Shown: positions 11,989 to 24,250 of the stretch, in pieces
Layout: every line of letters begins with the position of its first letter
Position numbering within the stretch: the stretch's first letter is position 1
Assembly (NCBI GenBank): GCA_030704615.1
Contig: CM060731.1
Coordinates: forward strand, 78,306,001-78,370,000
DNA from: Takakia lepidozioides
Lineage: Eukaryota > Plantae > Bryophyta
DNA length: 64,000 bases
Direction: 5' to 3'
Notes under the pieces: generated by a model
What the model was told of the DNA's origin: nothing
The model's input: only the letters and a program-made list of their open reading frames with translations
Database searches by the model: none
Program-made: the position numbers and the translations under genes

Positions 11989-14900
11989 CGTCTGCTAGTC
12001 TATGAAATGTAACAGGTATTCACTTTTTTGCCTCGGTTGTCCTATCATTGACCGGGGCAGAACAGTATTCATTCCACAACTTCTCCTCATCTCTGTTACT
12101 TGTTTTTTGATACTTTCCTGTTGTCACATTGGCAGTATCATGTCAAAGTCACTCCAAACTATATTCACTCAACCAGCTAACTTGCAGAATTCAACATGGA
12201 AATTTAGGGCCGATTCTGATAAGAGGGAAAAACAAGGCGAAATGTGTTGAAGAAGATGCCTTCATTATGTCTGATTTTATAAATTGTGCCGCTGCTGCCA
12301 GTTGACCATCTATCCATGCAGGTTTGTTGTAGCTATAGAGTCAATCTGGAGCTTGAAGCTCGGCCCTCTTGGGTGAATCTGCACCCACACTCTATCCCTG
12401 CTCCTTCAACTATCCATGCCTCTGCACAAATCATGCATATATCATTGCCTTGCTACTAGCAGCTGATGATGACAGCATAGATCTGTTCTTACACCCCAAC
12501 CCTATTTGGAAAAACAGGCTGAAATGTGTTGAGGAAGGTGCCTTCATTAGCAGCACCTCATTCTATCAATTGTGCTGCCACTACTGTTTTCACTTGCAAC
12601 AATTCACCATCTACTCCAGCTGATTTCTTGTAGCTATTGATCCCTCAGCCTGAACCTGAACATGAATCTGGACCTCTATCCCTGGTCCCTCAGCTATCCC
12701 TGCCCGTGTACAGATCATGAATACATCCCTCAGCCTTGCTGCTAGCAGCTGACAGTGTCGGTGTGAAGTTCTTCTAGAAAACACCCCAACCTAGGACTTA
12801 ACAGTAGTTCCAATTCTGCATTGCAACTGCTTCTCTCTGTAGTCGAACAAACACTCAACCTTTTGTCTCCATTGTCCCCCCACTGACTGGGGTCGGAAAG
12901 TGTTCATCCCAAAGCTTCTCTTCATCTTGTTATCTATTTATGGGTACTTTCCTGCTGCCACGTCAAAGTCACTCCAAACCACCCCACATCCACCCAACGA
13001 GCTAACTTACAACATTCAATATGTAAATTCAGGGCTGGGTCTGATGAGAGGGCAAAATAGGCTGAAATAGGTCAAAGAAGAAGGTGCCCTCACCACATTG
13101 TCCTCGACCTTGTGTCATTGACACATGGAGGATTTGACTGACAATGCACCCAAGAGGACTTGTGTGTGCGAGGTGTGTGCTGCTTCCACAAGGAATTTAG
13201 GCAATCTGGAGCTTGAAATCCGGCCCTCTTGGATGAATCTGGACCCACACTGGTCCCTGCTCCTTCAGCTATCCATGCCTCTGCACAAATCATGCATACA
13301 TCCTTGCCTTGATGCTAGCAGCTGACAATGACACCCTAGAATTGATCCAGCAAACACCCCAACCCTACTTATCACACTAGTTCTTATGCTGACTTGCGTC
13401 TGCTTCCAACAGGCATTCACCTTTTTGCCTGGAGTGTTCCACCATTGACTGGGGTCGGAACCGTATTCATTCCAGAGCTTCTCCACATCTCTATTATCTG
13501 TTTTTTGATACTTTCCTGTCGACCACATTGGCAGTAACAAGTCAAAATCACTCCAACACCACCATAGATCCACCAACGAGCTAACTTGTAGAATTCAACA
13601 TGAAAATTTACGACTCTGATAGCAGGGGAAAATAAGGTGAAATATGTTGAAGAAGGTACCTTCATTAGCAGTGGGCCTTGTTCTATCAATTGTGCTGTTG
13701 CCATTGCTGTTTCCAGTTGACCATCTACCCACTCGTAGCTGTTGTGCTATTGAAGAAGGTGCCCCCCCTTCCCCCATCATTTGATCATAGGTCTCCAAAG
13801 TCTCCATACCATGTCCCTGCTGTGCATACCCTGCAAGCATCGCATTCCATGACACCACATTTGGTTCAGCCATAGTGTTGAAAACTCCCTTCGCATCCTT
13901 AATGCACCCACATTTGGCATAGACGTCCACCAGTGGAGTGTTCAGGATGACATCTGGTACAATTCCAGCTTTGACGATATCACCATGGACCTCTTTCCCC
14001 TTTTCCAGAGGTCCTAGGCTTGCACACGCATTGCAAACATGCGCAAGCGTGATGTGGTTGGGCTTCACCCCTGCTCATAGGTCGCCAAAGCATTCCTACC
14101 ACACCCATGCTTGGTAAATCCTGCCAACATTATATTCCACATGATCAAAGATCGCTGAGGCATTATGTAGAAATCTTGGCGAGCATCCATGATGCTCCCA
14201 CACTTAACATACATGTTGACAAGGGTGTTGAGTAGAAAAAACATTTGGCATGAATCCACTTTGGATAATGTGAGTGTGCACCTGATTCCAGCTTCCAGAC
14301 CGAGAGCCTTTGTCAGTTTGCCTGCCTCACAAAGCATCTTCACATGCCCCGCAGAAAAGGCATTGTGGACTCACTCTCTTGATCCTCTTTCAGAAGCTGC
14401 GGTCATGGTTGAGGACGTGCCTGATTTTATCAACTGTGCCGCTGCAGCTGTTGCCTTTAGTTGACCATCTACCCATTTAGGTTTCTTGTAGCTATTGATC
14501 CACATGGAATCATAGGTAATCCGGCCCTCTTGGATGAATCTGGACCCACACTCTATCCCTTCTCCTTCAGCTATCCATGCCTCTACACAAATCATGCATT
14601 CATCTTTGCCCTTGCTGCTAGCAGCTGACAATGACAACCTAGGAAACACCCAATCACACTAGTTCCTATGCTGAATTGCGTCTGCTACTCTCCGTCATCT
14701 AATAGGCATTCAACTTTTTGCCTCGGTTGTTCCACCATTCACTGGGGTCAACAAAGTATTCATTCCACACCTTCTCCTCATCTCTGTTATCTGTTTTGGA
14801 TACTTTCCTGCTACCACATCGGCAGTTACTTGTCATAGTCATTCCAAACCACCATAGATCCACCCAACGAGCTAACTTACAGAATTCAATATGCATCTCA

Positions 14901-16810
14901 AGGCCGAGTTTGATGAGAGGGCAAAACAGGCTGAAATAGGTCGAAGAAGAAGGTGCCCTCACCACATTGTCCTTGACAATTCAATATGTAAATTCAGGGC
15001 CGATTCTGATGAGAGGGAAAAACAGGCTGAAATAGGTCAAAGAAGATGGCGCCCTCACCACATTCTCCAAGGCCTCCATACCACGCCCCTGCTGTGCACA
15101 CCCTGCAAGCATCGTGTTCCACATGATGAAAGATCGTTGAGGCATTGTGTTGAACACTTGGTGAGCATCCATGATGCCCCGCACATAACATACATATTGA
15201 CAAGGGTGTTGAGTAGAAAAATATTTGGCGTGCACTTTGGATAATGTGAGTGTGCACCTGTTTTCTAGCTTCAAGGCCTTTCATCTTGATGCACTTATGC
15301 AAGAGACAGACATATGTATCTGAATCTGCTGAAATGCCTCCTTGGTTTAAAGTCAGTAGAGCCTCTTTCAGCTCACAAAGCGTATTCACATGCCCATAAG
15401 TGCCAGAAGAGGCATTGTGGACTCCCTCTCTTGATCCTCTTCCAGAAGCTGTGGTCATGGTTGAGGTGCCTGACTTTATCAACTGTGCTGCTGCAGCTGC
15501 TGCCTTTGGCGATGCAACCATGCACCTCTTTGCATCTGGTAATCTGACAGACATTCACCTTGGTACAAGTCCATCTCTGAAGATGTCGCCATGTGGACCT
15601 CTTTCCCCTTTTCCAAATCTGCCAGGGTAGTGTCAGATTGACATTTGGTACAATTCCAGCTTTGATGATATCCCCATGCACCTCTTTGCTCTTCTCCAGG
15701 CCGGCTGCTAGGCTTGCACAAGCATTGTGAATGCACACAAACATGATGTGCTTCCCCCATCATTTGCTCATAGGTCTCCAAAGCCTCCATTCCACATCCC
15801 TGCTGTGCATACCCTGCAAGCACATCATATTGCACTCCACGACACCACATGTCGTTCAGCCATAGTGTCGAACACTTCCTTTGCATCCTAGACGCACCCA
15901 CATTTTGCAAACATGTCCACCAGGGTATTGTTCAGAATGTCATCTGGTACAATTCCAGCTCTAAAGATGTCGCCATGCACCTCTTTCCCCATTTCCAAAG
16001 CTGCCAGGGCAGTGTTCAGATTGACATTTGGCACAATTCTAGCTTTGATGATATCCCCATGCACCTCTTTGCCTTTGTCTAGGGCTGCCAGGCTTGCACA
16101 AGCATTGCAAATGCACACAAAGTGGTCGGGCTTCACCCCCTCCCCCATCATTTGATCATAGGTCTCCAAAGCCTCCATCCCACGTCCCTGTTGTGCATAC
16201 CCTGCAAGCATCGCACTCCACAACACCACATCTCATTCAGCCATAGAGTCAAAAACTCCCTTTGCATCCTCAATGCATCCACATTTGGCATACATGTCCA
16301 GGTTAGGGCAGTGTTCAGAATGACATCTGGTGCAATTCCAGCTTTGACCGATGTCACCATGGACCTCGTTCCCTTTTTCCAGGCTTGCACACACATTGCA
16401 AACACATACAAACGCGATGTGGTTGGGCTTCACCCCTTCGCGCATCATTTGCTCACAGGTCTCCAAAGCATTCGTACCACGCCCATGCTTGGTAATCCTG
16501 CCAACAGTATATTCCACGTGATCAAAGATCATTGAGGCATTCTGTGTTGAACACTTGGTGATCATCCATGATGCTCCCCTTAACATATATGTTGACAAGG
16601 TTGTTGATAGAAAAACGTTCGGCGTGAATCCACTTTGGACAATGTGAGTGTGCACCTGCTTTCCAATTTCTAGGCCTTTCATCTTGATGCACTTAGGCAA
16701 GACACACATACGTATCTACATCTGCTAAAATGCCTCTTTGTTTTAAAGTCTGTAAAGCCTCTTTCAGTCTGCCTGCCTCATAAAGCATCTTCACATGCCC
16801 ATAAGTGCCA
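11989..16810 (-). pseudogene. Cluster of rearranged, decayed PDF-motif + PLS-class PPR gene copies
   Basis: Repeated WNEY-x-x-DPSxWWxN/HPRGPDFK modules and PPR motifs (VKPNHITFVCVCNACASL, LVDMYAKCGCIEDAKGVF, VVSWNAMLAGYAQQG), with many stops and frameshifts. Confidence 0.85.
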
Positions 16811-19800
16811 CGAAGTTGTCACGTTTGGGATCGCAAACCATCATCTTCAAAAATATGAAATACAAATGTTTGCAGGGTATGAATTTACCTCTCTTGCCCA
16901 AACTGGTTGATAGCATATTCACAAAATCAGGACAAATTGGAAACCGTGATGTCGTAGGCCCTGTCAGGAACAACAGATGTCGAAGTGATCATTGTGTACA
17001 CCCGACCATATCCTGGATCGGGCACTTCCATGGTGCTTGCAACACGAGCTTGGAGCATTCTTGCGGACTCCACTTTGCCAAAGTGTTCAGCGGTTGGAGG
17101 GAAACGCCGAACAAGCTTTCCATCTCGTTTGGTTGGCCACCAGTGAGGATTTGCCGGAGGGACCCGAGAGGACGCAGAGGTAGTAGCACATGCATGCAGT
17201 TGGGGTTGTCTCGCAAGGGAAAAGTTTGCCTCCTCCAGCATTGCAATCTCCTGACTTGTGAGATGTGTTCCCACCTTGACGGGCCAAACGGTGGGAGGAG
17301 CTGGCTTCATCACCACGGAAGGACGCACAGTTCCATGCACACATTTGCCACAATCATCTACGCAGAACCGGAACTTGTGGTTCTTGGCTTCTGGTTGACC
17401 GTATGGACGCATCAAACCCGTGAAAATCGGAGCAGGAGTCCGGGCACCACCTCTGGATATAGATGAAGTGCACTTCTCGAAATTAATTGCCCTGATCGCT
17501 GTACATTTCACACGAGACCCTGCACTTGTGCGTTCTATGTGCCAAACGTGGTCGGGGCATGTGGACTCAAGCACATCAAGGGGGTTGTTTCTCTCCTGCA
17601 CCATTTCAGTGGCACTGTTTGATGCTGGAGCCTGCCGTCGTGTTGGAGGTTCCAGACATGGATCTGTCATGCAGGGGAACACGAGGCTTTGAGAAGTTAT
17701 CACGGTCTGCCCTGTGCGAATCAGAATCCGAACCAGGTGGAGTGTTCAATTTCCTCTTACACGAGCCGAATCTCTCCTCCCATTCAAGATGTGGAGCTCT
17801 AGAAACAAGTGGCGTTCCCTGGCCAAACATACTCACCGCCCGTGCTATCTTGTTTGGATCCCCAGATCTGTTTGCAGCACGCAACATTAACTCCAATTTG
17901 TCCGGACCCTTGCCACCAACCCCACCTCGCAAGAAATCACGTTATCGGGTTTGTTGTTGCAAGGCACGTATCAAATCATCTGTTGTTGCCACATACAAAT
18001 CCCGACCTCGTTTCCCAGACTGTTGCAACCATGCGTTGTGCACAGTCTTTGCCAAATTGCAAGATGGCATGTCCGCCATTTCCTCAATGGACATGTTCTG
18101 CAAAGTGGAGAACCACACTTCAGAAATGTGCACATGGAACAACATAAAGAAAGAAAGGAGAGCAAAATTTGGAAAGTAAATGCATGAATAAAACAAGCAA
18201 TAGAAGCCTCGCACCATTGTCATGGTTGCTCCCCACTGTCTGTACCGGAAGTGCCAAAACGCCAGCCAATCTTCCAATGCTCTCATACTCTCAAGCGATG
18301 CAGCTCCAGAAGAGAACCACCAGGCACGAATTGTCTAGAACAAAGTGTCTGCCTCCTTCATTGTTCTAGCATCTTTGTACTATTTGCACAATTTGCGGTG
18401 CTGTGTCTGCATCTCTGGTTTGATGTCCGACTTTGTATGTTTCTCCAGAGATTGTGTCCAATGGAATAGACATGTACGCTCTCTTCCCAGCATTGGCACT
18501 TTTGGGTCACCTGATCCGAAGACACTTCGAACTGCATTGAAATTCGCCTGAGCACTATTTGCCATGAAACCAGCAAAATTTGGAGATGGCACCCCATGGC
18601 TGCCCATAACACGTATCAGGGAATTCCACATGAGCTTCTGGGATTCCGTATCCTCGGATTGCATGTCACAAACTACAATTGTCATAACTCATTGGTACAC
18701 TGGATTGTAGATATGACAAGCCATTGTCGTCCAATCGTTCACTCGTTTCACATGATCAAACATAAGAAAACAATTCTGCAAGTCCCCAGTCTTCTGCATC
18801 CGCTTCACGAGGCTAACCCCACTGCCCTCCCCAACAGTCGACATTTTGAAAAGAAACACTTTGATGACACCTTGACCTGGGAAAACATTGTCCTGGATAA
18901 AGTCGTACTTGCTCAGACGTTTCAATTCCAAAATGTTGTCTATGTAGCCTCTGATCCCAGAGCCCATTCTCAATGCATTGATCTGATGCCGAATGTTAGG
19001 TGAACTCAAAGTGGAGAAATGATCCATGACAACGTCCAATGCTGCACCGTCAAGTTTAGTCCCCACAGAATCCCCTTCACTCAAAATATGGCTTTCCAAG
19101 AAGGACTTGCTTGCGCCAAGAGCAATTGCAGATGTTGTTGCGGATGGGTTTCTCTCGTACTCCTATTTAATCAACCTCGACACTGTCTCAACACTCTCCC
19201 TGTAATCCCCCTTCGAGACAGGATGGTTATGGAAACCGAAATGCACACAAGCTCTTGTCATTGTTTTCAAACGGTGGACAACATAGTACATTCTTGCTCC
19301 GCACAACGCCAGGCAAGATGGTACAAGTTTGCAAGATTTACAAACGACAGTGTTTGCCGGTGGAGGAGCAGTCCCAGGCTTAAATGGATTTTCCGCGAGA
19401 CCCTCCCACTCGCTTTGATTATGAACCCCAGACTGAAGAAAGTGTCTGTAATTCAAATTATCATACCTAAGGTGTCCATTGCAAACTGTTCTCCTGAAAA
19501 CAAGCTTGTCATCATTTTGAATATTGGATGTTTTTGTTCTGCACCATGGGTGCCCGTCGTGTTTCTTGTCCATTCCGTGCATCATGATTGTTATATCTCC
19601 AACTCGCGGAGGAGGAGGTAGCTCGAATAGGATATCCCCATCAAAAGTCTCTGGCAGGAACTTCACAGGTACCTGCTTCAAAGATTCCTAATCAATTCAT
19701 CGCAACTCACTTTTGAAACCTGCCATTCCTCCCATCGCCCGTAGTTTTGGAATGACACTACAAATCTCTTCTTCATCCGCTTCCACAACTACAGTAGGAA

Positions 19801-20227
19801 GGACTGGATTTGGAATTTCACTTATGTCATCAGCGGACGAATCCGAAAGCTCAACGATTGGAGTGGATGACGTCTGTTCTTTTTTCACCACCACCTCCCT
19901 CTTGTCTTCAATGACTGAAGCAGCAGTCCCGGGCGTCACATATGATCCAAGGGACTTTCGCCGAGGCTCTCCAAGTACTCTGTATTTACCAAGGCGCACT
20001 CTCCACTGGCTGACATGAGCCGTCTCATCAGGGTTTTGGAAAGAGTATTTCAACAACTTCCCGTCCAAATCGTACATCTCTTTCTCTAAGAAGATGGAGC
20101 CATTCTGAAGCTCAAACTGGGTAGCCAAGACATGTTCCAGAACAATTGCAAATCCATTGTCAAGAGCCTCCTTGGAGAACGGCACTGGTTTCTCGTCAGA
20201 GAAGAACTCTGCTTCACAGGAAGCCAT
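16811..20227 (-). pseudogene. MULE-type DDE transposase with N-terminal GCM/WRKY-like Zn domain and C-terminal SWIM finger
   Basis: CNGHL...CKSC...CLALC...HNHP; FDHVKR; FMANSAQANF; CLFHW (CxxH); CPDF...CKHLYFIF. Several stops. Confidence 0.75.
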
Positions 20228-21211
20228 CTTCCCTCCTCTCGTACGAAGATGCCTTGCTATCGCATTTCTTAAGTGAAATCTGTTGACTGAGGTCTCCAAA
20301 ACACTCTTGAAGAATAAGCAGAGAATATCGCCGAGAAAGTACACACTACATTGTGCACATTTTGTTATTCCTTGCCTCTGGCAAGATCTTCCAGACATGT
20401 AGCCGTCCATTCTAATTACTTTTTTTGTGGGCCCTGCTGACAGAGTATCCTCAGGAGCAATTTCGGTAGCTGTTAAACCAGTATTCAGAACCTAATCAAT
20501 TAACATAATAACCAGCCGACTTCTCAGAAGTGTGCCAAAGGATTTGATGGTGGGATAGCAGATGAAGTAAATGCATCTTTTTACTAATATCATTGATCAT
20601 GCGCACCTGGGAAGTCCTAACTGTGAAACGAACGAGGGGTGGGCTTACAAGGATGAATGTGTATGATATCCAGAAATGTGTCATCAACCACTCGTTCATT
20701 TACATTTATTTGTCTGAGATTGTGCGCCAGATGGCCCCATATTTTATATTCCATGGTGCCATGGTTCTGATGGCATAGGCATTGTCTGAGGCTTAGCAGT
20801 CAGACCAGATAATTTTTTATATGCAATGTTATATTCATCTATAATATCTGCCGCTGTTAGATTCAATTATTGAAACCATTCGAATAAACGACACGCCGTT
20901 CATTTTGGGCGACACATGTCAGACAACAATAACTAAATTGCAGACGAACAACTGTCCACTAATGGCTGGCAGGTGCACTAATAAGGGAATGACATTGTGT
21001 AACGGTCACACGAGAGGGAATCCGATGCTTCTAGAGACAATCCCCAACTTACGCAACTCCGCAAGAAATCGAGAGTCACTTTGTCTTTCTCATTTCCGCA
21101 CTTAGAGGGAGAAAGGTAGTCAAGCTAGAGTGGGTTCCCTCTACGATACGAAAAAGAAGGAAGTCACTTTATTTTACTTCCCTTAGAGAGAGACTGAGAG
21201 CAAGAGAGCAA

Positions 21212-23090
21212 ATGACGAGGCGTCGTTTGATGGAGAACACAAGGCCACGGAAGCAGGTGAATGCGGAGACTGCAACACAAGATCAGCAGACCGAGAATGA
21301 GGCTGTCACACAGTCAGAGAGAACAGTAAGCGTTGGAAACCAGACTGTGGAAGCAGAGATGATAGAAAAGCAAACTGAAGGAGGTGGAAGTTCGGGAAAC
21401 GCAGAACCGGGAAAAGGTCTACAAACCCTAGAACAGACAAAGATTCAAGCAGATGTGAAGGGGAAGAGGAAAGTTGCAGAAGGGGATCCAAACTCAAAAC
21501 CTAAGAAGGCGCCAGTAAGTGTTCTCTACCTTCCATTTCCTGTTTACAGTTCTGCGAAGAGTGTGAGTGAAGTGCACAAGAAAGTGATGGTCGGTACCGA
21601 CCATCAGAATGAAGTCATGTTGATTTGCAATGTACCCCTCTGTTTATGGTTTTCCACAACAGCAGTTTGTGACTGGCGGTACCGCCATTCACTGTTCTTC
21701 GTACACAGTCAGTTTGATTTCCTTTCAAGCATTCTTTCTCTTTCATTCTGTAGCAGGAACTCCTGATTGTTGGCAACGAAGAGTGTGAGTGAAGTGCACA
21801 AGAAAGTGATGGTCGATACCGACCATCAGAATGAAGTCATGTTGATTTGCAATGTACCCCTCTGTTTATGGTTTTCCACAGCAGCAGTTTGTGACTGGCG
21901 GTACCGCCATTCACTGTTCTTCGTACACAGTCAGTTTGATTTCCTTTCAAGCATTCTTTCTCTTTCATTCTGTAGCAGGAACTCCTGATTGTTGGCAACG
22001 AAGAGTGTGAGTGAAGTGCACAAGAAAGTGATGGTCGGTACCGACCATCAGAATGAAGTCATGTTGATCTGCAATGTATCCCTCTGTTTATGGTTTTCCA
22101 CAGAAGCAGTTTGTGACTGGCGGTACCGCTATTCACTGTTCTTCGGATACAATCAGTCTGATTTCCTTTCAAGCGTTCTTTTTCTTTCATTCTGTAGCAG
22201 GAACTCCTGATTGTTGGCAATGACATTCTCTTTCTTTTCAAAACTCTCATTCTGATATGACAGAAAGTGAGTGTCGTTGCCGACAGGAAGTATGATCCAG
22301 TATCGACTTACACCAAACGTAATGCTTTCCATTCTAGTGTAGAGTGAGTGTCGTTAACGCCATTCGATTCTCCTCATGAGCTTCCTGTACCTGTATGCTT
22401 GGAGAGAGAGCAATGTATTCTATAGTGTAACTCTATAAGACTTGACTGATCAGTTTTCAATCAACAAAATTCCACTGTTGTTTATGTTTCGCACCCTAAC
22501 CTCCTGTCTTTCGCAGACGAGGATGTTCGAGACGATCTGCATGCGGAGGATTCGCACCTCAAAGACACCATCCTCCGTGGGGCTTCGAGATTTCTGACCA
22601 AGGGAGTTTCATCAATCCCCCGTATGAGCCGCATGTCGATGACATTCTATACAACTTCATGCAGCCCACACAGACTCTCAAAAAACCAGATGGCACTCCC
22701 TAGAGAGGTGCAAAGGAGAAAACCCCAGCGTTTATGCAGACACTGCTGGAGTCATGCAGCCACCACTCGGCACGGGTTGTTGACCTCTTGGTATCCACAG
22801 GTTCGTTTTCTCCCTTCAGATTTCGTTTTCTTTCTGCATTTTCATCTTCGTTAATCCCCCCCCTACAAGCTGTTCATGTCCTCCTGTCTGGTGCAGGAGA
22901 AACTTACCATGCGTGTAAGGCAGGCGGCGGATCCCTTTTTGGCATGGAGGGTGACTTTGACCTATACAAGACTGTGCTCCTCCCTCTTTTGTCTGGCTCT
23001 ACATCAGGCACACAAACTGAAACGATTCAAATCCGAAATGATGAGGATGACGAGGATAAGCAGGTCCACAACGACTTTTCATGTGAGTAA
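21212..23090 (+). pseudogene. Spliced second MULE gene; C-terminus resembles the SAM-binding region of N6A/N4C DNA methyltransferases
   Basis: Exon 1 from ATG 21212 to the gtaagt donor near 21514. Exons 22517-22800 and 22897-23090 join to give RGAKEKTPAFMQTLLESCSHHSARVVDLLVSTGETYHACKAGGGSLFGMEGDFDLY. In-frame TAG at 22701. Confidence 0.55.
21555..22220. repeat. Near-perfect 222-bp tandem repeat x3
   Basis: cgaagagtgtgagtgaag recurs at 21555, 21777 and 21999. Confidence 0.95.
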
Positions 23091-24250
23091 GTCTGCAATG
23101 GAATTGTCATTCCACTTTGGGTGCCCTTTTCAATCGCAGACATCAAATTTGCAATAATAACGTATTTCTTGCTGTGACTTGCAGGAAAGGCAGCGGTGGA
23201 TCTTTAGGAGACTGTTTTCGACAGCCCCCTTTCCATTTTTTTGCTTCCTGTGTATGCCGAAGCAATGGCACTTCAAATGGCCGAGGCTCTCTCTCTTGAC
23301 TTTTTATTGCCCGTCCGCAGGTTTAGCCATCGTAGAGCCGGAGTTCTAAAATACTTGGATTTGGATGCAGAGGACGTGGGGATAGATTGTTCTGACTCTG
23401 AGTCAGACTAAACTACACATTTTTAATGTTCATTTCTCATCCTCTTTGTAAAAGATTCAATTCCCTACTTTATTGCAGATGTTCCGCCAGAAAGAAAAAG
23501 GAACAAAGAATCCACTCAGAATGATATGACAATCTTCATGAATCCATCCCACAACCACCACAACCTCATGTCAAAGCCATTGTGCATTCATCTACACTGT
23601 ATTCATGCATCCTCCATTCATAAATGTTTTCAATTATTCAACATCCATTGTACATTCATCCACTACAATCTCGAATCCAACTTACAAACCCCTCACACTC
23701 ATGTCATATACATTGTGCATTCATGTACTGTGTATGAATGCATACTCCATTCATGAATGTTTTCCACTATTCAACATCCATTGTACATTCATCAATCATA
23801 CATTCATCCATTGAAATATCATCCATCTGCTTGCATTGTTCGCACCCATCCATCAATGTTTCATCCACACTACATTCATCCATACCGCATTGATCTCTTG
23901 CTTTCATGTGGGAATGACCACATCCTTTTATTATGTCGTCCAACTCGTTACCGCGGTTAAGGGTGCTCTTCCGCGGAAATACACTCCGCTTCTTATTTGG
24001 CGCGCGGTGACGTGGAGTTTAAGCGTGATGGCGTGGAGTGAGATTGGTGATGTGGCGTGGGCACAAGGTGACATGGCGTGAGCAAAGCTGGGCTCACGCG
24101 ACCAGGCTCACGCCGAGGCATCCCTGTGAGGCTAGCAGTAGTATTTGCTGTTATGTCATATTGCTGCAAAATTGAGATGGAAATTTAGTCAAGTAGTAAT
24201 CACTTCATCACTTCTCATTGTGCAATACCTGTATAATAGAATCAAATTAA

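Larger units (their letters stand above)
16811..24124. mobile_element. Large two-gene Mutator-like element, left end deleted
   Basis: Transposase on the minus strand and a second gene on the plus strand. The right end (reverse complement gggatgcctcggcgtgagcc) resembles the TIR of the 9568-11988 element. Abrupt junction with PPR-family sequence near 16811. Confidence 0.75.

Noticed and set aside
11989-16810. Intact PPR editing factor (E/DYW)
   Set aside because: All frames are broken, and no PG-box, HxE(x)nCxxC or DYW terminus is visible.
16795-19621. Long plus-strand ORFs (for example 16795-17466, 17526-18179, 19019-19621)
   Set aside because: These are antisense shadows of the minus-strand transposase.
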